DNA of 64,000 nucleotides from the NCBI GenBank assembly GCA_963696045.1, contig CAVOIR010000012.1:7877-71876 (forward strand), written 5' to 3'. A model generated the notes under the pieces. It did no database searches and had not been told where the DNA came from. It saw nothing but the letters and a program-made list of their open reading frames with translations. The DNA is from an uncultured Chloroflexia bacterium. Lineage in GTDB: Bacteria > Chloroflexota > Limnocylindria > Limnocylindrales > CSP1-4. Positions 51,303-64,000 of this stretch are shown here, piece by piece. Made by a program: the position numbers and the translations under genes. Every line of letters begins with the position of its first letter. The first letter of the stretch is position 1.

Positions 51303-52625
51303 TCAGCGGTCGAGCGCGAGACCCTCGAAGCCGTCCCGCCGCCAGCGGGAGAGACGCTCGATACCCTCGGCGACGACCGCCAGCACCGCGCTCGCCTCCG
51401 CGTCGTCCACGTCTCGCGGCCAGCAGCGCCGCAGCCTCTCGAGGTCGTCGACGCCTCCCTCGGGGTCGCCCCGGCGGAGGATACTCGACGCCCGCGGCGA
51501 CACCCATCGCGAAGCGCGGCATCGCCACCTCCGCGGCCAGGCCCAGTCGAAGAAGGGCCGTGAGCCGGTCGTCCCAGGCGAGCTTCCGGAGCGGGTCGCG
51601 GGCCGCTCGCTCGATGGTGTCGGCCAGGTACGGGTTGACCATCCGGGCCAGCAGGTCGTCGGCGAAGGCGGCGTAGCCGGCTCGGCGTGAACAGCTCGTC
51701 GGCACCGGCATGCCGCACGATGAGCGCACGCCCCGACTCCTCGATGAAGGCGGCGCGCAGGAAGGCCATGGCGCCTGGCACGTCGGCCAGGTCCGCCACC
51801 AGTCGGAGGCCGAGGAGCGAGCCAAGGAAGCCCGCCAGCGCGTGCGTCGCGTTGTGGCCGAGGAGCTTGGCGTCCTCGAAGGGAGCCAGGTCGTCGACCT
51901 CGCGAAGGACGGGGATGCCCGGGTGGAGCGACTCGACGCCGGGGGCCGGCGGATACCCCGCATCGAGCCGCGAGACGAGGATGCGGTCGAACTCCTCGAC
52001 GAGGAAGGCCCAGGGCAGCTCCGGCGTCACCGTGGCGAGTCCGAGCGCGTCGATCTCGGCAGGGTCGGTCACGACACCGCTCATCTTGCCGATGACCGTG
52101 TCAGCGAGCCTGACCCTCGACCGCAGGAGGTCGCGCTTGCCCGGCTCCAGCGCCTCCGCGACCACGCCCTCGAGCACCGCGGCGCGTTGCGGTGGTTCTC
52201 CGCGCAGTAGACGACCAGCGGCCGCGTCCTCGCGCGCCGAGCGATGGCCTCGGCCAGCAGCGTGTGCGGGCTGGCGGGCGAGTCGGACCGGTAGTGCGCA
52301 ACGCTGGGCAGCGCGATGGCGAGCTCGTCGGCCTCGGCGATGGCGTCGACGATCCGTGCCCGATCACCAGCCACGGTGGCATCGGCGATCGCCAGCGGGC
52401 CCGATCTCGGCGACGTCGATCCGGTCGGCGCGCGCGATGTTCACGCGGCAGCGTCCGCCTGCCGCCCGGATGCCGGCCACGAGGTCAGCTCGAACGTCGA
52501 CGACGAGCGGCGGGGCGTACGCACCGGTCCGCTGCGCCTCGTAGACGAAGAGGCCCGCCTGGATGGCGCCGAAGCCGAGGCCGACGAGCCGCCGCGATCG
52601 CTGTCGCCACCCCGCTCGCCGCCAC
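51303..52625 (-). CDS. Mannitol-1-phosphate 5-dehydrogenase-like protein, frameshifted
   Basis: GFGAIQAGL, YCAENH, TVIGKM, KLLGHNATHA, NPYLADTIERAARDPLRKL. Confidence 0.7.
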
Positions 52626-52627
52626 GC

Positions 52628-53881
52628 TCAGCCAGCCGCCAGGTAGGCGGTCTCGTCCTCGGCGTCCCAGCGCGGCACCGTGAGTGATCGCGTCGGCCCG
52701 CCGATGCGGATAGACGACGGCCTTGCCCTGGACCCGTCCGTCGCGGGCCATGTCGAACAGCTCGGGGGCGTGCTCGAGATCGCCGACGTGAGCGATGTGG
52801 GCGCCGGCGTCGATCCGGTCAGCCGTCATGAGGCGCAGGGCCTCGGCGACGTCCCAGGGCCCGCCGCCCGAGGAGCCCGGTGATGTTGACCTCGCGGTAG
52901 TGGACGTATCGGCCATCGATCGCGACGAGCTCCTGGCCCGGGGGCAGCCCGGCGAAGAGATCGAGCACGCCGAAGCGCGCCAGGAGCCGCTGCGCCGCCT
53001 CGACGACGGCGCGGTCGGCCACGGTGACGATGACATCGTCCGCGCCGCTTCCCTCGGTGAGCTGGTCGACGACCGCGGCGAGGTCGCCCTCCCCGGCCGT
53101 CACGGTCTCCAGGCGGATGCCCGCCTGCGGCCGCGCGATGTCCGAACGTCTCGCGCACCCAGCGCAGGCGCTCCTCGCGGCGGGTCGTGACGACGATGGC
53201 CCGCGGTCGCGCCGCGATGGCCACGTCGACGTGCATGCGCACCCATGGGGCCGGCGCCCAGGATGACGACGACACCGCCCGGCCGCAGGCCGCTCGTCGC
53301 CTGGCGGGGCGCACCGGGTCCGGCTGGCTGATGTGCAGGTGGTGAGCGTGCGACGAGATGACGCAGGAGATGGGCTCCGCGATGGCGGCATGGGCCGCGG
53401 GCAGGCGCGACTCGGGCAACGGCAGGAGGCAGCCCGCCGCGAGGACCTCGGGGCCGATGAGGACGTACTCGGCGAGGAGCCCCGGGAGCGTGTAGCCGAC
53501 GGCGACCTTGGCCACTCCGCGGGCACCGTCTCGGTACCGCTCGAGGTGCCGGATCGGCGCGAGGTCGACGGCAGGCTGGACTGCGAGGCGCTCGCCCGGC
53601 CGGTAGCGCGTCGCCACGCCTTCTCCCGTCGCGACCACGGTGACCGCGCCCTCGTCGCCGACGATGACCGGATGGACCGACGGGTCCCAGCCGTGCATCA
53701 GTGGGTGCTCGGGGCCCTGGTCGATGAGCTTGTTGACCGAGGTGCAGATGCCGGCCGCGTCCACGCGACAGAGCAGCTCTCCCGGGCCAGGCTCCGGGAC
53801 GGCGAGGGTGTGGACGGACAGCGCCTGGCGACCGCGGCCCGTGAGCACCACGGCTCGCATCTCGGCCGGGATGGCGTCCAT
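52628..53881 (-). CDS. MDR dehydrogenase, sorbose-1-phosphate reductase-like, frameshifted
   Basis: PGPGELLCRVDAAGICTS, VGDEG, GYTLPGLLAEY, EPISCV, GAGPMG, VHYREVNITG. Confidence 0.75.
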
Positions 53882-53911
53882 CGGCGCTGCTCCGTCGTGA
53901 CCCGCTCGGGA

Positions 53912-54848
53912 TCAGGGCGCCGGGAGGCCGGCCATCCGCCACGCGTCGGCCGGGTCCGCGGGCCCCGAGAACGTGCCGATCGTCGTCGTGGCCAGTGCGC
54001 CGAGCGCGGCGCCGAGCCGGGCAGCCTCCTCGGCGCCGAGCCCGTGGACGAGCCCGACCAGGACGCCACCCGTGAACGCGTCGCCGGCGCCGGTCGTATC
54101 GACGGTGTCGACGCGGAAGGCCGGCACGTGGCCGCGGAAGTCATCGTGGTCGACCCAGGCGCCTCGGGGTCCGTCGGTGACGATGGCGAACCGAACACCG
54201 AGCTCACGGAGGGCCGCGGCGGCGGCCAGCGGGTCCTCGATGCCGGTGATGGCGGCGACCTCGATGAGGCTGGGGATGAAGAGGTCGGTGTGGCGCAGCG
54301 CGGGCACGACGCGCTCCCATCGGTCGGTCGAGTCATGGACGACGTCGAGGCTGGTGTGGATCCCCGGCCGCTTGCGCACGCTCGAAGAGGCCAGCCAGCG
54401 GGGCACCATCCGGGTCGTCCAGGCCGGGCAGCACGAGCCCGCCGCCGACGTGGAGGAACCGACCCACATGACGATCCTCGATGGCCTCCGCTGTGATCGA
54501 CGCGTCCGCGCCGATGTTGTGCAGCATCGTGCGCTCGCCGGCTCGGTCGACCAGGACCATCGAGGTCGACGTGGGCAGCTCCGAGTCGATCCACTCCACC
54601 TGGAGATGCGGGGCCGGCACGGTCTGGTGGAACGAGTAGCCGAAGAGGTCGTCGCCGGTCGGGATGATGAGCCGGGTCTCGACGCCCATGCCGGCCAGCA
54701 CGCGCCCGGTCCGCAGCGCTGGCCCGCCCTCGGCGGTGGAGAAGGAATCGACGAGGCCGAGGACGCCGATGGGCAGCCGGTCGGACGAGACCTTGATGAG
54801 GATGTCGAAGACGGCGCTGCCCGCGCAGGTGAGCTGGACCGCGGTCAT
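53912..54848 (-). CDS. PfkB-family carbohydrate kinase
   Basis: GGPA, GDDLFG, GERT, VDTTGAGDAFTGG. Confidence 0.85.
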
Positions 54849-54862
54849 GTCTGCCGACCAGT

Positions 54863-55692
54863 CTAGGGACTTCGACCCTCGCTCATCGGCCTCCCGTCGG
54901 CGGCGATGCCTCCGACCGCCTCGCCGAGGCAGGCCTCCAGGTCGTCCAGCGTGACCCAGGCGCACCGGGCTGCGCTGCGCTCCGGTTGGCGAGCACGCGC
55001 GTCGCTCGGGCCGCCCGGGTCGCCCAGCGACGAGACCACGAGCGCGGCCTCTTCGAAGTCCTCGTCCTGCGTGTAGCCGTTGACGGTCACGACCGTCGCG
55101 AGGCCGGCCGCGCGTGCGGCCAGGAGCCCGTTGCGCGAATCCTCGATGACGACAGCATGCGTTGGGCGCGATCCCGAGCCGCTCGAGGGCCAGCCGGTAG
55201 ATGTCCGGTGCCGGCTTCTTGCGAGCCACGATGTCGCCGGCCAGCACGAGGACATCGGCCGCCAGCCTCCGGCCCGACCGCGGCCCGAGGATGGCGCGCA
55301 CCGAGGGCTCTGCCGACGTCGAGCAGACGGCCAGCTGCCAGCCCGCGGCCCGTGCCTCGGCCACGATCCGCGCGATGCCGGGCCGCGGCGGCAGCCGACC
55401 GGCCTCCACCATCGCGACGTAGAGTCTCGGTCTTGCGCCGGTGCCAGCGGGCCACCTCGGCCAGCTGGGCCTCGCGGTCGGCCGGCAGGCCGGCGGCGGC
55501 CACGAGCTCGGGCGTGAGCAGCGCGGCCATGCGCTCCTTGCCACCGCCGATCCGCAGCGCCCGACCGTAGTCCGCCTCGGACCAGCGCACCGGCAGCCCG
55601 AACTCGGCGAACGTCTGGTTGAAGGCCGGCAGGTGACCGTCGCGCTCGGTGTCGGCGAGCACGCCGTCGCAGTCGAGGATGAGGGCCCTCAT
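54863..55692 (-). CDS. HAD-IA hydrolase (CbbY-like sugar-phosphate phosphatase)
   Basis: DCDGVLADTERDGH, GGGKERM, KKPAPDIY, EDSRNG. Confidence 0.85.
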
Positions 55693-55706
55693 GCGACCCG
55701 CCGTCC

Positions 55707-56563
55707 TCACGCGCGACCCTCCGCGCCGAAGAGGCGGATGTGCTGCACGGGTCATCTCCATGACCGCCTCGCGCACGTGATCGAAGAGCTTCGGCGGGTC
55801 GGCGGCCGCCGGGTGGCTCGTGAGGTACTCTCGATTGGCCTCCATGTAGGCGATCTTCAGGGCGGTGGAGACGTTGACCTTGGCGCAGCCGCGCGCGATG
55901 AGGTCGGCGGAACTGGTCGGCCGCGAGGCCGGTGCCGCCGTGGAGGGCCATGGGGATGCCGGTGGCCGCCACGAGGTCGCTGATGCGCTGATGGTCGAGC
56001 GTCGGTCGCGCCCGGTACAGGCCGTGGGCGTTGCCGATGGCGGGCGCGAAGATGTCCACGCCGGTGCGCGCGGATGAAGCCGACGGCGACCTCGAGCGTC
56101 TGGACCGGTCCCTCCTCGTCGGAGCCGAGGCCGTCCTCGACGCCGCGGATGCCCTCGATCTCGCCCTCGACGTCGGCGCCGTATCGACGCGCCTCGGCCA
56201 CGACCTCGACGCACTGGCGCTCGTTCTCCGCGACGGAGAGCTCGTGGCCATCGAAGAGCACCGAGTTCCAGCCCGCCGCCAGGCAGTCGCTGATGACCGC
56301 GCGGTCCGGACAGTGGTCGAGGTGCAGGGCCACGGGTACCCGGATGCTCGCCGTCATGGCGTCCCACATCGCCTTGAGCACGTCGACGGCCGATGGAGCG
56401 CACGGTCTTCACCGAGGTCTGCACGATCAGCGGGGAGCGCAGCTCCTCGGCCGCAGCCAGGACCGCCTCCAGGGTGAGGTCGTTGACGACGTTGATGGCG
56501 GGCACGGCATAGCCGCTCCGCCATGGCCCGGCGGACGAGCTCGCCCGTGGCAGCGACCGGCAT
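55707..56563 (-). CDS. Class II fructose/tagatose-bisphosphate aldolase family
   Basis: YAVPAIN, ALHLDH, GWNSVLFDG, VEGEIE, AIGNAHG, LHGGTG, KVNVST. Confidence 0.88.
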
Positions 56564-56582
56564 CGGACAGCCCTCCGCTGCG

Positions 56583-58012
56583 CTATCCCATCCCGCCGGT
56601 CGCATCCGCGGTGGCACGATCGGGCGCCGACGACCCGCCAGCCTGCCAGAGCTGCCCCAGCATCGCCGCACCGAGCAGCGAGGACTGGTCCTGGAAGACG
56701 TACTCGAAGGGGCCGGTCCAGCGCTGCGCGCGCCCGGAGCATGCCCCGGATGCGCGCGGCGCCCCCGGAGATGCCCAGCCGTGCGGTTGACGGGCACGAG
56801 CCGCGCGACCTGCTCGAGATGCTCGCCCAGGTAGCGCAGGTTGCCCCGCACGAGCGCGAGCAGGAGGTCCTCGCGCGTCGTCTGGAGCGTCACGCGAGCC
56901 GAAGGCCGCGGCCAGCGGCTCGAGCGAGTAGCGGCTGCCGCCCAGGTACGGGACGTAGGTCGGCAGTGCCGCTCTCGCGCTCGTCGATGACGGGGTCGTC
57001 GAGGAAGGCCTCCAGGGTGGCCGGCAGGTACTCGCCGTAGAAGGCGTCGGCGTCGAGCTCCCGGCAGAACGTCCGATGGAACCAGTCGAGGGCGATGCCG
57101 CCGGTGTTGAGCACGAAGAACGTGAGCCAGCGGCCGGGCAGGACGTGGGCCCGGACGTTGAACTCGGCGCGAGGCCACGGGCCGGTCGGTGCAGACGTTG
57201 GCGATGTCGCAGGTGCCGCTGATGATGTTGGCGTCGCCGGGCTCGGACAGGCCGCCCGACCAGGCCGCCAGCGTGGCGTCGTTGCCACCGCAGAGGACGA
57301 CGACGTCGCGGGGCAGGCCGAGCTCGTCGGCGACCGTCGGGCAGGATCGCGGCCGACCGCGTCGTAGGACTGCATGAGGCGCGGCAGGCGGTGCGGTCGC
57401 CAGGCCGGCGGCCTCGAGCACCTCGTCGTTCCAGGTGAGGTCGTGTGCGGGCGGTCGCGTAGAGCCCGGTGATCGACGTCGTCGAGGGGTCGATGGCCCA
57501 CTCGCCCGTCAGCCGCCGCGCCAGGTACGTGTTGGTGTGACCGAACATCGCGGCCGCCTCCCAGATGTCCGGGCTCGTGGTCGCGGATCCAGAGGATGCT
57601 CGCCAGCGACGAGCCGCCCGACACCGGCAGGTTGCAGGCCTCTGCCAGGAAGCGGTCCTCGCCCACCGCGCTCGCGGATGGCGGCCGCCTGCTCGTGCGA
57701 GCGACCGTCGAGGAAGAGGATGGCCGGGCCCAGGGCGCGGCCATCGGCCGCCATCGGCGTGAGGCCCGGGCGTCGTCACCGAGAGGGACACGACGCCGAC
57801 GTCGTCGCAGGTGCGGGCCGCAGCTCGGCGCAGGCCGCCGCGATGGCCGACCACCAGACCTCCGGGTCGACCTCCGCCCGGCCCCGCCCGTGGAGGTCGA
57901 TGCGTAGCTCGCGAGCTGCGCTGGCCCGCTGCGACAGGTCCGGGCCGAAGACCCCGGCCTTCAGGCCGCTGGTGCCGACGTCGAGCGCCAGGATGTCCGC
58001 GCCGCGGCTCAC
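56583..58012 (-). CDS. FGGY-family carbohydrate kinase (xylulokinase-like), frameshifted
   Basis: ALDVGTSGLKA, DGRS, GGNDA, SGT, PYLGG. Confidence 0.8.
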
Positions 58013-58950
58013 GGGAGCAGACCCTCCGTCTCGAGCACGGCGCGCAGCTCGGCCCGCTGCGGCTCTCGTCGAGCGGCAGCAGGGGCCGGCGCGGCGGGCC
58101 GCCCACGAAGCCGGCCAGGTCCATGGCGGCCTTCACGCCGGGGACCCCGTAGCCGCCGGAGATGGCGGCGTTGACGCGGGTCACGAGCTCCTGGAAGGGC
58201 GGGCCGCCGATCGCGGTCGGCAGCCACGCCCGTAGCTGGTACAGGCGCAGGGCGACCTCCGGGAACGAGTTCGCCAGCGAGACCGTCCCGCCGGGCGAGC
58301 CGCCCAGCATGGCCGGCGAGGAGGAAGTTCGCCGAGCCTGCCAGCACCGCGAAGCCCGGGCGCGCAGAAGCGCCAGGAAGGCCTCGATGCCCGACGGCGG
58401 CGCTGTCCTTCATGCCCACGATGCGGGGGTGTGCGGCGAGCCGGCCGACGAGCTCGGGCGCGAGCGCGAGGCCGTTGAAGCCCGGCGCGTTGTAGAGCAG
58501 GATCGGCAGCGGCGAGGTGTCCGCCAGCGTCGAGAAGTAGCGGTACAGGACCTCGACCGTCATCTGCCGGCGGAAGTAGCCCGGTGCCAGGACGAGACCG
58601 TAGTCGGCCCCGAGGTCGGCGGCCGCCGACGAGGAACGCCTCGGCCTGTCGCTGGCCGTCGTACGTGGCGCCGGCCAGGACGAGCTGACCGGCGCCGCGA
58701 TGGCGCACGACGACGTCGAGGACGGCGAGGCGCTCCTCCTCGGTGAGGCTGCGGTTCTCACCGTTCGAGCCGAGCGCCAGGTAGCCGTGGATGCCGGAGG
58801 CCGCGTAGCGCTCGAGGTTCGCGCGCAGCGCCCCGAGGTCGAGCTCCTCGTCGGCGCCGAAGGGCGTGCAGATGGGCGCGAAGAGGCCCGCCAGGGCAGG
58901 CTGGGCCGGAGCTGCCGGCGAGGGTCGGGCACCGGGTCGATCACGCTCAT
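58009..58950 (-). CDS. DHDPS/NAL-family aldolase (HOGA-like), frameshifted
   Basis: GSNGE, LLYNAPG, IVGMKDS, YGVPGVKAAMDLAG. Confidence 0.82.
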   Translation of the reverse strand: MSVIDPVPDPRRQLRPSLPWRASSRPSARPSAPTRSSTSGRCARTSSATRPPASTATWRSARTVRTAASPRRSASPSSTSSCAIAAPVSSSWPAPRTTASDRPRRSSSAAADLGADYGLVLAPGYFRRQMTVEVLYRYFSTLADTSPLPILLYNAPGFNGLALAPELVGRLAAHPRIVGMKDSAAVGHRGLPGASARPGFAVLAGSANFLLAGHAGRLARRDGLAGELVPGGRPAPVPATGVAADRDRRPALPGARDPRQRRHLRRLRGPRREGRHGPGRLRGRPAAPAPAAARREPQRAELRAVLETEGLLP

Positions 58951-59075
58951 CGGACGCCCGAGCATGCTACTCGCGCCGCCGATCCACCGGTGGACGTCCG
59001 GAGCGGGCGCCACGCAGGATGCCCGGCCGCACAGGTCCGCCGATCGGCCAGCGGCCGCGATGTACGATCGGGCCC

Positions 59076-60134
59076 ATGACCGACGCTTCCTCGTCCGCGC
59101 CCCTGATGACCGGCCTCATGAAGAAGGCCAAGGGGGCCGAGAACGTCGGGCTGGGCAGCGTGCCGAGGCCGGTCCGCAGGCCCGGGCAGGTCCTCATCGA
59201 GGTCTACGCCACCGGCATCTGCGGCACCGACCTGCACATCCAGCAGGACGAGTACGTGAGCCACCCGCCGGTGGTCATGGGCCACGAGGTCACCGGTCGC
59301 GTGGTGGAGGCCGGCGCCGGTGCCGAGGAGCACCTCGGCAAGCGCGTCGCACCCGAGACGTACTTCTACACCTGCGACATCTGCGCTGCCTGCCGGGCCG
59401 GGACGCCGGAACCTCTGCCTGTCGCGTCGCTCCATCGGCTCGCACGTGAACGGCGGCTTCGCGCCCTGCGTGCTGGTGCCCGGCCCGCAACCTCCACGAG
59501 GTCCATCCCAGCGTCGGCGAGCACGCCGGCGCGCTCTACGAGCCGCTCTCCTGCGTGACCCAGTGCCTCTGCGACCCGGCCGTGGCCTCGCCCGGCGACA
59601 CGCGCGCTGGTCGTGGGCCCCGGGGCGATGGGCAATCCTCTGCGCCCAGGTCCTGCGCGCGCAGGGGGCCCGGGTCACGGTCTCGGGCACGGCGTCGGAC
59701 CGCCGGCGGCTCGACATCGCGGCCGCGCTCGGCTTCGAGGTGGTGGAGGCGGAGGCCCTGGCGGACGTGACGCCTGACGGCGGCTTCGACGTCGTCGCGG
59801 ATGCCTCGGGGAACGAGAAGGGCATCGACGCCGGGCTGCGCGCCGTCCGGCGCGGGCGGCCACTACGTCCAGGTCGGCCTCACCGGCACGGCCCATCAGC
59901 CTCGACATCGACCTCATCTGCCTCCGCGAGCTGCGTCGTCACGTCGGGCTTCGCGAGCACGCCTCGCTCGTGGCGCCGGCTCGAGCGGCTCGTCGCCGAG
60001 GGGCACGTCGTGCTCGACCCGCTGGTCACCGACGTCCTGCCCCTGTCGGCGTGGGAGACCGCCTTCGCGCGGACGCGCCGGGCCGACGGCCTCAAGCTCA
60101 TGCTCGACCCGCGTCTCGGCGACCGTCGGCGTGA
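59076..60134 (+). CDS. Zn-dependent MDR dehydrogenase (sorbitol/threonine DH-like), frameshifted
   Basis: [12 protein letters not shown], structural Cys cluster CDICAAC, EPLSC, GPGAMG. Confidence 0.85.
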
Positions 60135-60921
60135 GCGACGTCTACAGCCTGGCGGGGCGCAATGCCGTCGTCACGGGCATCTCGAGCGGCATCGGCCAGG
60201 CCATCGCCGTGGCGCTGGCACGGCAGGGAGCCAACGTGGCGGGCGACTTCCAGCGCGACACGGCGGGCGCGGCCGAGACGGCGCGACGCATCGAGGCCCA
60301 GGGCCGCGAGGCGCTCATCCTGCAGGGCGACACCGGCGACGAGGCGCACGTCCAGGCCCTCGCGGACGCGACCGTGGAGCGCTGGGGCAGTCTCGACATC
60401 TGGGTCAACAACGCCGCCCGGATCATGGTGCGGCCCTTCTTCGAGACCACGAGCGAGGACTGGCACGGCCTGCTGGCGGCCAACCTGCACGGCTACTTCT
60501 ACGGCTGCAAGGCGGCCGCCGAGCGGATGCGCGCTGCAGCCGGGGCCGGGCCGCATCATCAACATCACGTCGCGAGGCGGACGTCCAGGCCATCAACGGC
60601 TTCTCGGCGTACATCACCGCCAAGGGCGGCATCGTGGGCCTCACCAAGGTGCTGGCCCTCGAGCTCGCCGAGCACGACATCACCGTCAACGCCGTCGCCC
60701 CGGGCGCCACGGAGACGCCCCTCAACGCGGTGGCCTACACGCCGGAGGTGCGGGCCACCTACAACGCGCGCATCGGCCTCGGTCGCATCGCGGTGCCGGA
60801 GGAGGTCGCCGACGTCGTGGCCTTCGTGGCCTCGGACGCGTCGCGCTACATCACCGGGCAGGAGATCCTCGTGGACGGCGGCCTGTCCATCAACGGCAAC
60901 GTGGGCCACGCCCGGACGTAG
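60131..60921 (+). CDS. SDR oxidoreductase
   Basis: [18 protein letters not shown] (YxxxK), [19 protein letters not shown]. Confidence 0.88.
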
Positions 60922-60984
60922 CGCTGCAGGCCGGCGATCGAGCCGGCAGGTCCTGCGAGCGGCGGGAGCCGCTGAGCGCCGGCC

Positions 60985-61820
<836 letters not shown>

Positions 61821-61823
61821 GCG

Positions 61824-62869
61824 TCAGGCCATCGCCTGCTGACGGCGCGCGCATGTACGAGTGCAGGGCCATCATGCCCAGGATGATGCCGCCGATGAAG
61901 ATGCTGTAGGCCAGGCCCGGCACGCCGACCAGGATGATGCCGTTGTGATGACCCGCAGGAGCAGCACGCCGATGACCGTCCCGATGATGGTGCCCTTGCC
62001 GCCGGCCAGCACGGTGCCGCCGATGACGGTCATGGCGATGACCTCGAGCTCGTAGCCGTCGCCGCTGTTGGGGTTCGCGGCGGACACGCGGATGGAGCTG
62101 GTGATGCCGGCCCAGGCCGCCAGCACGGCGGTCAGGACGAAGAGCGCGACCTTCGTGCGCGCCACGCGAACGCCGCGGGCCGTGGCCGCCATGGCGTTGC
62201 CGCCGGAGGCCTGGATCCAGTTGCCCCACTTCGTGGCCATGAGGATGTAGCCGAGGACGACCGCGAAGAGGATGAACCAGAAGACCGAGGCGAAGATGCG
62301 CAGGTCGCCGATGGGCGTGGGGATCGATGATGTCGCCGACGAGGATCTCCTTGAGCGGCGCCTCGACCCGCCAGGTCCGCTGCGGGAAGCCCTGGGTCAG
62401 GTAGAGGGCCGCGCCGCGCACGACGAGGAGCATCCCCAGCGTGACGAGGAAGGACGGGATGCCGCAGGCGGGTGGTCATGAGCCCGTTGACGAGGCCGAT
62501 GACGACGGCGATGCCCATGGCGATGAGGAAGGCCAGCTCCAGGGGCATGCCGGCCTCGTTGATGAACGTCCACATGAGCACGGCCGAGAAGCCGAAGACC
62601 GAGCCGACCGAGAGGTCGAACTCGCCGGCCGTCATGAGCAGGGTCATGGCCAGCGCGATCATGCCCAGCTCCGGCGTGAACATCAGCAGGTTGCTGAAGT
62701 TGCCGGCCGTCAGGTACGTGGCGGACAGGAGCGAGAAGACGATGAGCGCCAGGACGAGCAGCCCGAAGGGCCCGGCCTCCGGCTGCGAGACGGCGCGCTT
62801 GAGCCCCTCGACGAGGCGCGCCGATGCGGCTGGCCGTCCGGCGTCCTGCGCTGGTGCTGCTTCGGTCAC
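61824..62869 (-). CDS. Monosaccharide ABC permease (CUT2), frameshifted
   Basis: GEFDLSVGS, PSFLVTLG, GYELEVIAMTVIGG. Confidence 0.88.
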
Positions 62870-63016
62870 GTGTGGCTCCGGGTCCAGTCCGCGGCGCTGC
62901 TCCGCAGGCGTGCCGGCTCAGGTGGTGCGAGAGGCCGGCGCGGGAGCGCCGGCCTCTGCCTGAGTCGATCGACCTGCGACAGGCGCGAGGCGGCCGGTCG
63001 CGACCGTCGGCGGCGA

Positions 63017-63964
63017 CTAGCCGGCTCAGGATGTCCAGGTAGGTCGGGGCCGTGTCCGCCTCGTACAGCGCGCCGACGAGGATGTCGAACCCGGGCGGGA
63101 TGCCGCTGGCTGCGGCGTTGGCGAGGCTGAGACCCAGGTAGCTGGTCATCTGCGGGTCCTGCCACATGCCGGCCAGGACGTAGCCGTCGATGATCTCCTG
63201 GGCGGTGTCGGGCGAGTTGCCCCAGCCCACGACGGGGATCTCACCGGCGGGCACGCCGACCTGGTCCCAGACGCGCGCGACCGAGCCGGTGACGAGGTCA
63301 CCGAGGCCGATCATGGCGCTGATCTTGTCGCGGTTGGCCAGCAGGTAGTCGGACATGCGCGTGATGATCTCGGCCTGGTCGAGGGTCGCGTCCGTGACCT
63401 CCCAGGTGATGCCGAGGGGCTCGAAGACGCTGGCGATGCCCTCTTCCTCCTGGACGCCGTAGGTGGCGCCCGGGACCTCGACCGGCATCCACACGAAGTC
63501 GCCTTCCTGCGACGTAGCCGCCGTCGACGAGGTACTGGGCCCAGCGCGCGACCGACCTCGACGTTGTTGGTGCCCACGTAGGCATCGAAGCTGGCCGTCG
63601 GGTCCGGCGTGTTGATGTTGATGATGGGGATGCCCGCCGCATTCGCCTCGGCGGCCACCTCGACCAGGCTGCCCGGGTCGGGGCTGCTGGTGACGATGCC
63701 GTCGGCGCCGGCCGCGATGGCGGCGCGGATGGCCTCCTGGTGGGTGGGCACGTCGCCGCTGTGGAACGACGTGTTCACCGTGTTGCCGGTGTCCGCGGCC
63801 CACTGGTTGGCGCCGTCGAGGAAGTACGTCCAGACCGGGTCGGCCGGATCGCCGTGGGAGACCCAGTAGAACGTCTTGCCGCCTTCCTGCGCCGTGGCTG
63901 CCAGCGGCAGCGAGGCGACCAGCAGAGCAGGCCACCAGCCAAGTGCAAGGAACGATCTCTTCAT
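63017..63964 (-). CDS. Sugar ABC substrate-binding protein (periplasmic binding protein type 1), frameshifted
   Basis: Signal peptide ending LAATAQ; VSHGDPADPVW, AGADGI, GIPIININ, QDPQMTSY; GAGGAG RBS. Confidence 0.85.
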
Positions 63965-64000
63965 CGCAAGCTCCTCTTCTCTCCGAGACTCGACGTCAGG

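Overview
A 64-kb, very GC-rich bacterial chromosomal segment. Gene content suggests Chloroflexota or Actinobacteria-like soil bacteria (inference only). Most genes are split across frames by single-base indels, best explained as long-read assembly error, so many CDS coordinates are stitched and approximate. In order: a polyamine ABC + aminobutyraldehyde dehydrogenase operon, an ArcE/COG2403-type synthetase, galK/URO-D/glnS, a MocR-EamA pair, a ThDP decarboxylase + pfk pair, a sugar ABC operon, two class III nucleotide cyclases flanking a duplicated cupin, a rhamnoside/arabinoside cluster (GH78, ABC, LLM, LacI, truncated GH127), tRNA-Arg(GCG), MarR-DrrAB, tRNA-Ser(GCT), an aroE-like + HAL2-type nucleotidase operon, a trp operon, and a large uncharacterised sugar/polyol catabolic cluster with an ABC importer. 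The best candidate for an undescribed system is a ykkC-like riboswitch variant at 43575-43700. It leads a shikimate-dehydrogenase paralog with a remodelled active site and a 3',5'-bisphosphate nucleotidase. Also notable: an apparent TrpC-TrpF-TrpB triple fusion, the rare tRNA-Arg(GCG), and a deletion scar joining GH127 to a vapC remnant beside that tRNA.
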